Shown: positions 37,609 through 50,879, numbered from the whole stretch's first letter. The stretch is 63,810 bases of DNA, filler included, from Reticulomyxa filosa (GCA_000512085.1; 21 parts of 21 records of this genome joined end to end with filler, not necessarily neighbours in it); one strand, 5' to 3'. Notes: generated by a model not told the origin, from the sequence alone. Numbers and translations: made by a program.

Positions 37609-40080
37609 TCAAGTGTCTTTGTTCTCAGACTTGACATCATGTTCAGTGGCACTCTTATTCTCATTGGAATGTGTCTTTTTGATATTTTCGGAGTTGCTCT
37701 GTTGAATTGCATTGCTATTATTCCTATTGTTTGAAAGCTGGCTGCGACACTCATTATCATCGTCATACTCACTCCACAAATCTTTGACGGCATCGATCTG
37801 TCCCATGAGTACAGGTAACTGAGTCAAAGCAGTGTTATACCAGTCCCTGCCTCCGTTGTCAACAATGGACTCCTTGAAAGGCTCCAACATGGACTTCCAT
37901 TTGGTGGAGGGTATTTGAGAGCAAGTGATAATAACACATAAGGGGACGCCTAAATCCACGAGTTTGGCGCACATCGCAATTAACTTGGGCGCTTTGGCAA
38001 GCCAGTGGAAAAGAGGATACTGTGCCAAGTCTTGAGTCGATTGAGGTGGAGTCAATCCCTGGAAGTCATATTCGGTGAGTTGTCTTGTGCTGGCTCCAAT
38101 TTGGGTATATTTATGTATTATATATTATTATTATATATTATTATTATTGTTTTTTTGTTATTTTTTTTTTTTTTTTATCCAAACAAAGCAAGAAAGAAAA
38201 ACAAACCGTATTCGAAGTAATCGACAGGCATCAACATTGGAAATGGCCTTGAGTCGATACGTCCGACAATCGAGTCGATCGAAAGCTTCGATGGAAGTGG
38301 AGAGATTGGAGTGGCAAATAAGCAAAATACGAGCGCGACGTATTTCATTGGTCAAGGAGTGTAAAGTGGTGAGGAAGCGTTTCAACATGCCCTCTTTGTA
38401 TTGCAAATGGTCCAAGATGAACAAAGTGGGCCCGCGACACTTGCGTTTGATTTGAGCCAAGATGGATGCTTCGTCCATGGGTTTGAAAATGATGCGTCGC
38501 GATTGGACAGTACCAGTTTGGCGGTCATTCCAAATTTCTTTGGGGAATTCATTCAACGAGCACTTTTTGAAAAGCGTGGATACGTGAGAATAGATATCCC
38601 GTTCCAATCTCGCCTGCAAAGTTTGATCCTGATATTGGTGAGCGCGGAACAATATGTAATGATCTTGTTCGTGCACCTCATCGACAAAGTGAATGACATT
38701 GGGCGTGTCTTTGTATTGCTCACAGCAGATTTGGTCGTGAATGTCTTTGGGATAGTCCATCATGCGATGCGACTTGGGATCGCGATACTGGAACCTGCCT
38801 CGATCGATTCCAATGGCCATGCGATCGGCAATGAATCCAAACAAGCGATCGGGGTCCATGAGCGGATGCAGATCGATCCACCACACCCCTCCAGGGAAGA
38901 TTGGCGTGTACCAAGGGCGCGTGAAAAACTGAGCCACTCCATGTCCGACCGTCGTGCATCCCACATACTTGGGGCCACATAACACGACCATGTCTTGCAG
39001 GCGAAGATTGTCCGGATGCAGCAGCATTACGACATTACGAATGTCCTCCTGTCGACCGAGCACCGTCATGGGGTTCGTGCGATCGCGTACGCCTTGCGCA
39101 AAATTGGTGGGTAAGGGATGCACAATCGGTTGAATCAAGTCCTCTTCCCCTTCTTTTTCATCATCATTATCGTTATCATTATCGCTGTCATCTTTCTTCT
39201 TTTCATGCGATAACAATGGCACGTCACAAAGGATCTGTTCTTTATGATCCCCTTCTTTGCCAAGCAGCAAAAACTTCTTCGAGTGTTCGTGTGGGGCATT
39301 GGGTTGGCAGCATGCAAAAGAAGAAACGGAGGCAGAAACAGAAACGGAGGCAGAAGAAGAAGAAGAAGAAGAAGAAGTGGCTCCAGGACAGGAAGAAGAG
39401 TGATGTGTTTTACAACAACGTACCTGCTTGCAATATGGACACAAGCACTCCTCCTTATGTCCCTCATGACGACAGCAGCAATCGTCCTGACCTTGCAGCT
39501 TGAGCTGAGCCTGTGCATTTTTGAATGCCTCCAACACCATGCTCTTGTTGCCGAGCAAGTGTTCATAAAAGCTTTGTGCAAATGCGATGGCGATCTTGTC
39601 GTGGATCTGCACCAACGAGTGCACGGCGACGACGTGAGGGGACTCCGGCCTCGACAAATGCCGACGCCACTTGTTCGCTGAAGCACGTCGATACGAATAC
39701 TAACTTCAACTGCCACAAGCTATTAGTTAGAGCCGCCTTGATGGTCGCGCTTGTGACCACCTCCATTCCTCCTCGTCCATTTTCCACCTGCAACATCTGC
39801 GCGTTCGGGCCGTGTCCACTGATGTGCACAATCTGAGCGCCGCGGTGAATGCACGTCATCAACGACTGCTTCGTCAATACGCCAAAGAATACACCTAGTC
39901 GTCGTCCGGTTCGTCGGAATACGTACTCCAATTTATCGTGCTCCAATCCCAAGTCCAATGCGGCACCCTCCCCTTCCAGTGGCGCAGAGTGCAAGATCGC
40001 GACGTCGAGCTTGCGTTCGGAAAATGGAATTGGAGTCAAAGTTGGAACTGAAAATGGAGTTGCTTTTTTTTTTTCAACTG

Positions 40081-40115
<35 letters not shown>

Positions 40116-42548
40116 ATGATGATGTGCATAGAGGATAAGACACTCGTCGCTTCACTTGAATGCCTCTACTCTTCATTTCTTTTTTCGATCGGACTTGGGA
40201 TAATGCAGCTCGACTTGGCTCAACTCACTCTTGGTGTTCTTGATGTTATTGTTGTTGTTGTCGTCATCATCATCATCATCATCATCATCATCGTCATCAT
40301 CATCGTTGTCATCATCATCATCATTCTCATCGTCATTGTCATCGCAACCAGGGTTCTCACAAGTGGATTTGTCGCATGTCGTCTTTGCCTTTGCCTTACC
40401 CTTAATCTTTGTCCCAAATGCAGCGGGGTCTCCTTGCCACTCTCTACGACGGTCTTTAAGTGGAGACGATGGACTCGATATCGGCCAGGTGGTGGTCGCA
40501 GCTGCAGAGCTTTGGAAACGCGGCGGCACCGAGGACGACTTGCACGTGAGCGACGGCCCGTTGCTGAAATCCTCGGGCTGCCACTCATCGGCTTGGTCCA
40601 CGTGATTCAAATGGCGGATATCTGTCCCCTCGCCTTTCAAGCGCTGGAATACTCTTGTCTGCATTCCTGAAAATCGTGCCAGTGCTGATTGGTTGGGATA
40701 GGTGTCCATTTCTCCCTCTTCCACCTTTTCGTTTGCATGTTCTATTACACTTGCTCGTCGTTTATTATCATTATCATTGTCATTATCATTGTATTATCAT
40801 TGTCATTATCATTGTTATTGTCGCTGTTTTTTCTATCCGGCTCTTTTGGGTACAATATGGACTTTGTTTTCAATGATGGGTCCTCTTCCAACAGCTGCAA
40901 CATCACGTTCATTAATTTGTCCCTTTCGCGAGCGTCTTCCGATCTTCCCGTTCGACACAAACGCCAAATTGCTAATGACAACACTGACGAGGGTAGCGCC
41001 ATGTCCGTGCACATGCACGCGTACATTTCACTTTTTTTTTTTTTTTTTTGACGTTTAAAAACACACATTTAAATAACCAATTAAATAAATAAGCGCTTAT
41101 ATTATATATGTAATGTACATTACATGTATAGGTTTTTTTTTTTTTTTTTTTAAATTATAAACTTGAATCGCAATGAGGGATAATTTCCCATACCCATCGC
41201 GGCCAAAAATAGAGCGCAGTTATTTCTCACGGCATCGTCTCGATCTATGTATTCAAAGGGTATTTATGTGTGTGTGTGTATGCGAGGAATTTGGATTGTT
41301 ATCGCTTGGCAACAATGACAACAATACGTATACACATACGCGTGACTTTGAGGTTGTAAGCCCTTTCCACTAATCCTACCCGCGTACAGTACTCTTGCAA
41401 TGCATCTTTTTTTTTGTCAAAAAAAAAAAAAAAAAAAAAAGCAAGCTATCTTATATCCGACTGGAGTGACTCTTTTTGTGTGAAAACACGTGCCAATATA
41501 TACATGTATATAAATATACATATATATCTATATATATATATATGTATGTATATATTGTATACGTCTCCCTTTGCCAAGAGGGTACCTTTGTCGGGGGAAA
41601 CAATTTTGCCCAATAGTGAAAAGGTATTGCCAATGATACTGACAGCGCCATCGTCAATGAATCCACACTTGACCACGTTGTCTAAATGGTCTTTCTTACT
41701 CCAAAATTTGTCAAGCCATTCTTTTTTTTTTTTTTTGTGTACATACATATATATTATTTAAAAGTTGTTGATTATTTCGATGCTCGCAATATATAAAAGG
41801 ATGATAGATACTACGTTTCTCCTTATCATAGGTACATGCATACAAAGAATAGAAATCCTTCTCTCCCTCTAGTTTTTTTTTTTTTTGTTTGTTTTTTTGT
41901 GCTTGCCTTTTTTTTCTTTAAAGTCTTCTTTGGACTGGCTACACACTTGATTTAATACGACCAACCCTGCTTCCCACAGTTCATCCGACTTGTTTTCCCC
42001 CCAATTTATCACATAACACAATGTCAAAGCCAACTCTTTTTTTTTTTAAGGGAAAAAAAAAAAACAAAAAGGTAAAAAAAAAAAAAAACTTTTAGAATAT
42101 TGCAAAATGTGAATAACCACATCCAAAACATTTTTTTGAAACAGTGCTTTATGCAAGTGGTGGTTGGATGACACAAATGCCAATGTTCGTAATGCGTTTA
42201 ATTGCAAAACGTGGTCCTTTTGTCGGACAAACTTTAGTAGCCGAGGTATATGTTTACTGAAGACGGGCATTTCTTTTTTTTGTTTGTTTGAAATCACACA
42301 TCGCATTCACATGTGTACATACAAAAATAATCCCACATACTACAATATACTGTCATTACATACAATAAACAACAAAAAATCTGTCTTTTGTTTTGTTTTA
42401 TTTTATTTTTACAATGTCTAGCACAACTGTGAGTGAGATGAGAATTGTACCACATTTGAGCTACGTTAAGGTAGTGATCTGATGCGTCTAAATCCACCAT
42501 ACCATTTGCTGCTGTTAACACTTCAAATGCCTCTCCATGAGCGGACAT
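37609..42548 (-). CDS. Large ARM-like + CHAT protease + STAND/NB-ARC-like NTPase protein (multi-exon, apparent frameshifts)
   Basis: ATG 42548; ARM-like exons (LQLNALRTLAFVSSN); CHAT motifs IVHISGHG, LKLVFVSTC, AFVEAGVP/HVVA, IHDKIAIAFAQSFY; NTPase motifs VLGRQED, VVLCGPKYVGCT, FPGGVWWIDL, TLFILDH, ARILLIC, YRLKAIS..DA..LL. Frameshifts near 40790, 40180, 40070, 39640. Linkage of the ARM exons is inferred from continuous GT-AG introns. Confidence 0.8.
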
Positions 42549-43042
42549 TTTTTTTTTGGTACTTTCTTTTTTGTAATGTGTTTTTTTGTTTTGTTCGTTA
42601 AGTAGTTGTATGGCAAGCCTGACCAAGTGCACAAACACTTGTCATAACAAGGTCGAAGGAAGAAATTGCAATTCTCAGTCAACAACAGAAGAGCGATAAA
42701 AGAGCAAAAAAAAATTGGAAAAAATTGTTTGATGACGATTTGTCAATGTTTTTTTAAGGTTCCAAAAAAACTCACAGGGAGCTTTTTTTGTGATCTGTTT
42801 TTGCTCGAAAAACGATGGAAAGGAGGAGGGAGGGGGAAAAAAAGAGAAAGTGTTTCATTTCAACAATTTCAACTATGAATCATTCACTTGATTAAAGGTA
42901 GCAAAAAAAAAAAACAAATTACACTTAAGGGAGAAAATAAACAGAGGGAGAGAGAAGAGCTATTAAAAAGGAGCTCCCGGAATGGTGCTCAACAAAATAG
43001 TAACAACAAAAACAATGATAAAAAAAAACAATGGAAACGAAA

Positions 43043-44600
43043 CTAGCGAATAAAAATTCTTCTATGACAATCTTCGGAAACACGAAATCCAAAATATTGA
43101 AAAACCTCTTTGAAATTTTTGAAGGAGTGTCCATTGCAAAGAATACTTATGTAAGGGCTAAAAGGAGTGCGTCCATTCCAAGCGTTTCCGGGCGCAGTTC
43201 CAAATACTTTACGGTCCATAACGACAGCAAAGCCTTTGAGTTTCATTTCCACCTTAATCAAATAGCACAGATGCACAAGAGCGTGAAACACTTGGCAAAA
43301 TTCGGATAGGCTGGAAAAGTGATAATTTGTAGGTCCAAAGGGATTGACACTGGCTTTGGCCTTGATGCAGAGTATAAGTCTGTTAATCAAAGACCAAGCA
43401 GGAGCAGTTGAAGTAGTAGAGTGTGTGATAGTGAAGGGCGATTGCAATGACAGCGGCGATGTGCAATGCTTGCTGCACCGGCTCAAAGCATTGGACAAGC
43501 CATTGAGCAAAGGGACGAGCAGCTGAGGATCATCGACGACCAGCTTGAGTGTATTGATGCCAATGAGCGGCTTGGGAGGACGCATTGTGTAATTGGCACT
43601 GTCATTCCATTCGAGCAGCTGCAATAGTTTGGTGAATGTTCTACTCTCGTTCCTCTGTTTCGTAATGACCCACTCCACCGCGTGCAGCATGTAGCGAGGC
43701 GTCGGTTTTATACGAAGGGAAGAGGAGGAGGAGGAGGAGGAGGAGGAGGAAGAGGAGGAGGAAGAGGAGGAGGAGAGAGGTGCTATTGATATTGATGATG
43801 GTAATTCTAATGCAGCTGCTCCTGTGTCTACTAATAATGATGATGATGATGATAAAAAGGAAGGATAAGAAGAAGGATTAGAATCAAAAAGAATACTAAC
43901 ATTCGAACAAGAAGAACATGCACAATAAAAAGGGTGTGTGCAAGTGCAAGTGCAAGCACATCGCGACAAAACATCGCGCAAAAACAGACAATTGGAAGCG
44001 ATGACTTTGGCTTTGATAGATTTGAGATGGGGCAGCTGCGGACGAGCGAGCAAAGGATTCAACTTGCCTGTGCATCCCTGAAATTTCAATCGTTTGCACT
44101 CGCGCGCGATAAAGAATGAAATTAGCATCGCCGCCGTAAAGTCCATGTCAATGGCTCTACTCTCATATCGCTCCCTTTGTGATTCTGCTTCATAACTGAT
44201 GTCCACATTGGTGATCTTGACGTCACTCATACGTCGCTTCAGTGTGTCCATTACAAAAGAGGCCATGTCTGTAATCGCGTTGCTGCCGACGGGACATTGC
44301 ACGTTCATTTGCGAATACTGCGAGCAAATGCTGTCCATTTGCGAACACCAAAACATGGAGTGATCAAACTTCAATACCCGCAGCTGCGGGAACTTGCTTT
44401 CGTAAGGCGGACTCCCACTCCGAAACCAACTGCAAATGTCCACCTTGCAGCGCTCCAGTCGCAACTCTTGCAGCGTCGGAATGTCCCCTGCAAGCAGTTG
44501 AATGCAGTCCTTTTTATCTAGGTTCAATAGACGTAAGCTTTTCAATTTGTTATGAGATAAAAATTTCAGTGAAATGTTTATATTTGCATGCATCTCCGAC
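43043..44600 (-). CDS. Leucine-rich-repeat (F-box/LRR-like) protein, large last exon
   Basis: LKSLRLLNL, LQELRLERC, FPQLRVLKF, LPHLKSIK motifs; poly-Ser insert; 516-codon ORF. Confidence 0.6.
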
Positions 44601-44809
44601 TCTTTTATTATTATTTATTATTTATTATTTATTATTTATTATTACATGTTTTTTTTTGTTTTTTTTTTTTTTTTNNNNNNNNNNNNNNNNNNNNNNNNNN
44701 NNNNNNNNNNNNNNNNNNTTAATTAATTAANNNNNNNNNNNNNNNNNNNNNNNNNNNNNNNNNNNNNNNNNNNNTTTTTTTTTTTTTTTTTTTAAATTTT
44801 ATATGTCCG

Positions 44810-45421
44810 GAAAAACAAAGGACTCAACAGATCAGAATAAAAACGTGCGCCTTTGAATTCGGGTGACAACATATAGAAAATATAACAAATTCCTCCCATT
44901 GACAATATAGCCGATTTGTTTGTTGGATGTGCGATAATGTCCAGCCCATCCGTTCTCTCGGCCACTTCGTCGCCCCAACCCCGAGGCAGACACATTACCT
45001 CCGAGCAGCCTCGACAATCCAGCGAATAACAAAAGGGCAGCAGCAGATAGCCCGCCTTGCCGGGTTGCATGGGCGCCGCTTTTTGCGAGGGGTTTTTCGG
45101 GAACCCGGCCACGCGAAGGTCTCCTCGCGCATAGATCGGTGGGGTATAGGTGGATCCACAGCTCATCAATGCCTCCACCGTGGGATCATTCATGGGAGTT
45201 TCCCAAAAGAACGCTTGTGCAATGAATCCATTGAACCCGCCAACGCCGAGTTGGATTGTGCCTTCATTGAACCCTAAAAACGGGAGTGTTAAAGGTTCGG
45301 CACCAACGCCATCCAAATAAATTTGAAAATTGTTCGTTCTAATTTAATATTTAAATAAATACATATACATATGATGATATGTAAGGATCAAGAAACGAAA
45401 GCTAAATTGATCCTCTTTCTT

Positions 45422-45454
<33 letters not shown>

Positions 45455-46110
45455 CTATCTTATCTTATCTTATCTTATCTTTTCTTTTCATCTCAACTTT
45501 GCTTGTGTTTGTGTAAACACAACAAAATGCCATCGTCCAAGAATTAGATTCACAATTTGGGCAACGACCTGCGATTTATGCGAGGACGCTTTTGCCGACT
45601 CTTCCGCTGGCAGCACTTGAATAGCAAAGCGAAACGCAGTTGTGCCCATTGACGCCAGTGGCACTGCATCCAAGGCAATACGTATCCCTTTGGTCGTCGT
45701 GTCATTTTGGAAATAAAACACGTCGTATAAATTCTTTTCGCAGGCGTTTAATTTCAGCCAAAAGCTGAACGACCACCCTTTGGGAAAGCGCGCAAAGGTT
45801 ATGTCCGGCACCACTATCAAGCATTGGAATCAAGCATAATTTTTTTTTTTTTTTACTTTTATGTGTTACGCTAATGCACAGATTTTTTTTTTTGCTCCCC
45901 CCTTTTTGATTAAAAGAAAATTATATACATATATAAACATTATAATAAATAAGAACAATAATCGTTACCTGTGGCATCCACTGACGTAGCGATATAAACA
46001 TCAGGTCCCCTCAACGCGACAGTTTTTGTAACTGCATCGATGATTGCATTTGCCGTCTTTTGCTGCTCCATCGATGGTATGCTTACTTGTCCGGTTTCTT
46101 CATCTAAGTA
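44810..46110 (-). CDS. BEACH-family (neurobeachin/LRBA-like) protein fragment with ConA/LamG-like domain
   Basis: FPKGWSFSFWLKL, GRWHFVVFT, FNGFIAQAFFWETPM...ALMSCGSTY, then ILSMGGICYIF, the order seen in BEACH-protein N-termini. Confidence 0.7.
45420..45485. repeat. Compound (TC)n(TCTA)n(TCTTA)n microsatellite in intron
   Basis: Directly visible. Confidence 0.9.
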
Positions 46111-46379
46111 AGGTCAGTCAAGTTTTTTTTTTTTTTTTTTAGTGTCTCTTTTCATCCGTTCATATGTCAATGTACACATACGTTGTCGTGCACACNNNNN
46201 NNNNNNNNNNNNNNNNNNNNNNNNNNNNNNNNNNNNNNNTTAATTAATTAANNNNNNNNNNNNNNNNNNNNNNNNNNNNNNNNNNNNNNNNNNNNGGAAC
46301 GAATACTAAAAAAAAAAAAAAAAGTAACATATATGTACATATACGTATAACATCAAAAGAATATAAAAAAGAAAATGAA

Positions 46380-47992
46380 ATGGTCGACTATACAAATGAT
46401 CTGGAACAACAAGAACCGATAAAGTATGACAATGAAAAAATGGAAATGAAAATGGGTTAGTGGATGAGTATTATGGTGAGAAGAACCGTACATGGGAAAA
46501 TAACGAGAGTGGGGACATGACACATGATGATAAGGAGGAAAAGGAGGCGACAAAAACGCCTTTGATGAGCAAGAATAAAGACGATGAGATTGTCGGAATG
46601 GAATCCATTGACAAAAACAATGTACGCATAAATAAGGAAGTAGAAAGCGACGTCGATGGCGCAGTGATGATGTCGTGGCTGCCGCAAGTATTGGAAATGA
46701 TCCCTATCGAAGATCAAGCACCTTTATTGAAAAGTGATGCTGAATACGTTGCCGCAATTAACCAAAAATATCATACGCAATTGAACACTATATTTGCACA
46801 TCAACCAGAGTTGTCTTTACGATTTGTGTTGGGATATGCTCACGAAAAAGTTTGCAATGGACATATAAATATACATATATAAATTTATATATATTTATGT
46901 ATATTCTCAATCACTTGAACTCTTTTTTTTTTAATTTAAAAAAAAAAAAAAAAAAGCCAAAGAAACGAATGTCAGTAACCTGCGAAGCATTAGAACGATA
47001 CATGCATACCTATGAGCAATTGAAGCTGAATGAAATCATTAGTACAAACGTGAGCGACGACGAGAAAAAAGTCATTGAAAGTTGGACTGCGTATATTTAT
47101 GGGACGGATAAAATGGGACATCCAATCATGTATGACCATTTGGGATCATTGGACTTGAATATATTGCAATCCATTTACAATAAAAACCCGGTTAGCATCA
47201 AACTTGCCAAATACAGATTTATGACTAAGTTTTGTTTTGGTATTATCAAACTTAATCTACTGTCCATAGCTGCTTTTTGCTACACTCCAAACTATTATAC
47301 TCTTTTATATACATATATGCATATATTCGGCTTTGAATATCAAGGTTGAATCATTTGAAATCATTCTTAAGTCACAAATACGGCAAATTGATTTATAAAC
47401 ATGTTATGATATTCGATTTGAATGGATTCACTTCTCGGTTTATGGGGTCTACTCCCAGAAAATTGTGCAAGGAAATTATTGGTGATTTGACCCAGATGTA
47501 TCCTGTTTTGTTTTGTTTGCATATTATATATATATGTATGTATATGTATGTATATTATTTTTTTTTTTTTTGTAGATCGAAAAGTGGTTTTTTTTTTAAA
47601 AAAAAAAAAGAGTGAAATATATACATGTATATAAAATATTTCGACAAAAAATAATACATGACAAATAAAAGGAAATGGCTTACAAAGTATTTGTAATAAA
47701 TGCGCCTTCTGTTTTCAAAAACTGTTGGAAAATTGTTAAAACATTTATGGAGCCTGTCACTGTGGAAAAAGTCAAAGTTTTTGGAACTGCAGATTCAAAA
47801 GAGTTTTTTAAGGAACTCAATGCAATAGCCAGTCCAAATATGATACCCCCTTCATTCGGTGGAACCGGAACATTTACTATTCGCTTGAGCGACGTCCCTC
47901 AGGAGTATATGATCAACTTGTCCAAATCTTATCCTTATCAACTCCCTCAATTTCAAATTAAAGACGATGCAAAAAAGAACTCTAAAACATAA
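46380..47992 (+). CDS. CRAL-TRIO (Sec14-like) lipid-binding protein
   Basis: LRFVLGY, IYGTDKMGHPIMY, MIFDLNG, YP|EMAYKVFVINAPSVF...WKIVKTFMEPVTVEKVKV, IPPSFGGT. Introns start 46850, ~47229, ~47505; probable A-run frameshift near 46440. Confidence 0.92.
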
Positions 47993-48243
47993 TTATTGTT
48001 TAATTTTGTTTACTTTTGATAACTTGTTTATTTGATTGTTGGGCTATTTGATTTGCTTGGTTTATTTTGTGAATTTATCTCATAAAAAGTACTACATGTC
48101 GTGATTCTTGTTAAGTCCTCAATACAATTACATATACGTCGATAGTAGTGCTTTCTTTTCTTTAACTATTCAACATTTTTGTTTTGACAACGCCCAGAGG
48201 GTTAAAAATATTTTTTTAAAAAAACACAGATCAATCAAAAATT

Positions 48244-48770
48244 ATGTCATCTGAATCAAGTAATCTTTCCATATCAGGCTTGACAGGCCTTTTCTTCAAT
48301 AATACCGATTCGCAGTCTTCATCTTTTTGGTCGCTTGGCAAAAAGAATATTCCCTTTTGGCGGTCAAACAATGAGAAAACTCCAGGAAGCGCCAAGCCAA
48401 GCACAAAAGTAAAAGGGGCACAACATCCACCAATAAATGAAACAGTGAGCCGACCTTCCTCCCATAGTGTTTCAAACTACAACTTGAACTCCATGGACGA
48501 ACGAAACACCACATTACGCGCGCGCAGTCAATCATCGAATGCATCGGACAGCAATTTGATAGGAGGCACAGGAGGAGAGAGCATTGTGAGCGAGTATCTG
48601 AAACGAAAGAATGAAAACCAAAATCAGACCACTGGCGACAAGACTTACACATGCAACGAAAGTGTCATCAAAAATGACAACTCATCGCAACAGGCTTCAT
48701 CTCCTTTTGGTCCTACTAATAAAATTGAGCCAACATTGAACAGTCCACCAGGATGGGAGGAGATTAAGAC
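48244..48770 (+). CDS. Ser/Asn-rich hypothetical protein (5' part)
   Basis: ATG-initiated open exon of low complexity; truncated. Confidence 0.5.
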
Positions 48771-49080
48771 GTTCGAATTTTTTTTTAATTTTAAAAAAAA
48801 AAAAAAACCGTATANNNNNNNNNNNNNNNNNNNNNNNNNNNNNNNNNNNNNNNNNNNNTTAATTAATTAANNNNNNNNNNNNNNNNNNNNNNNNNNNNNN
48901 NNNNNNNNNNNNNNGTTTTAAAAAAAAAAAAAATTAGAATAACCGCTTTTGCGTAATGAAAAATGGCAAACAAAAGTGCAATAATTTTGAACATATGAAT
49001 GATCAAATGGGAACGTTTGTGTGTATGTGTGTGGAGGGGTGAATATATATATATATATATATGTACATATATATGTATAG

Positions 49081-50542
49081 ACCATAGGAAATGAAAGCGT
49101 CGACCTTGATAGTGAGGTAGAGTTTTATGTTCGATGGAAAGTGGATCGAAATGGTAAAGCAAGAGAGCATGCGATACATATTACTCGCCCTGGCGGCAAG
49201 CTGATGCGAAATGGTCGGAATGACGAAACGAGTGTTGATGACGACAAGGTATACGAAGATGAAGTGGAAAAGGGGGAGAAAGATGAGGAAAAGAAAAGAC
49301 AAGAAAAGAATGAAATGGAACGAAAGGCCAACATTGCGACAAAGCAATCGAATGACTCCTCGTCACTGTCAATGACTCGACGAAAAGGGTATATGTATTG
49401 CGAATCCGCGAATGCAGTGAAAGGCACGATTGTCGCGTTGGACAATTCAAATGATGTGTTTGACGTGCACGCGGACGACTGTCACATGATTGGAAAGCAC
49501 GTGTTGACCAAGTTTATGTTGGTCGAATTCACGCCTTGCGTTCGAAAGCAACGCAAAGCAACGCACGTCACCGGCATAAATAAGGCTTTGTTGAAACATG
49601 TGTCGTCTAATTTTCATTTGTCGCTCTCATTGTGCAATCTCAAATTAAACACCTTTCAAAGTCAGAAGCACGTTGGTCAAGTATGGTGGAGAAGCAAGTC
49701 CACGCCTTGGTTTTTAATTAAGCCCACGCTGTATTCGTCACAAGTCGTGTGGGCATTAAAACGTGATATTCGAGTTTAATCATTATACTATATATTATAT
49801 ATACACATATATGTACATATATGTTATTCTTTCATATCATATGTAATGTACTCCCAAAAAAAAAAAAAAAAAAAAAAAAGGCAATGAATGTGCAAGACAT
49901 CAATATAAAAGATTTTATCGAATTTCGAGCTCTTGACAAAAATGCCAGCGATCAAAGCGAAACAAATCTTCCTTTTCAACAAGCTTACGATATCACTGCT
50001 GGTGGTGGATATCCCGTCGTTGCTGAAAATGGAGCGTATGGCGAATATCTGTTGCGGAGGATTCATTTGTGGACGCGCTTAGATGATCAACCTTTGTGTC
50101 CTCTCACAACTGACACACTCCTGTTTCATGGCTGGGTTTCCACATGGGATGTCGATCGTCAAACTGGCACTATCGAAGTTTGTGATATTTCATCTTCTTT
50201 TCTTTTTTTTTTTTTTTTTTTTAATACAGTACATATCACAATGTTTTGATTATTTATAGAATATGTCTCTTTCTTGTCTTGCCTTTGAAACAGGTCGAAG
50301 CTCCACGTGGCAAACGCTATCGTCGTATACACTTTGATTTGTCCAATGCAATTCTCAATAAAGATGTTGCAACACATGGGGTTTTTTTATGTGTTGGGCA
50401 TCCAGTGTCGTTTAACATACGATCCTTACAAAAAGATATTAAGACACAATTCTCTTCACCACTTAGTCAGGAGGCTTTCAATGTCACTTCAAAAGGGCTG
50501 TCCCGTGTTGAACCTACCTCTTTTCCAGATATCTCGTTCTAA
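49081..50542 (+). CDS. Tandem cold-shock/OB-fold domain protein (3' part)
   Basis: Repeated G..G.I...(V/F)H....L....V(E/S)F....A..(V/I)T units: SEVEFYV..HAIHIT; KGTIV..DVFDVH..LVEFT..KATHVTG; FIEFR..QAYDIT; GWVSTW..GTIEV..LCVGHPVSFNI..EAFNVT. Introns 49774-49880 and ~50178-50293. Confidence 0.65.
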
Positions 50543-50879
50543 ACTTGTGATTGTTTCTTCTCTCTTATCTTCGATCCAATATAATGACAACAACACATCA
50601 TTTATTTTAATATTACGCAAATCCAAACGTCCATTTGATCTTTTTTGTTTGCGTAACAAATGCTTTTTTTCCTTTTCTCATCATACATTGTACAAGTGAT
50701 CTCTTTTTATTAACCGAAAGAAAAACTAAAGTACCGGACACTCGTTTTCTCACTTTGACTTGGACAACAGTGAGATCGAAACCGAAAAATTTTAGGGTAT
50801 TTTTCTCATCAATAATAGTATAAGGATGATTCGCATAGTTAAGAAGATAAACATTGAGAAAAAGAAAAGACAGCTCTGT

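Noticed and set aside
40165-40190. AAA-TGA as a Euplotes-type programmed +1 frameshift
   Set aside because: The needed shift is -1/+2 and is explained by a one-base homopolymer miscall.
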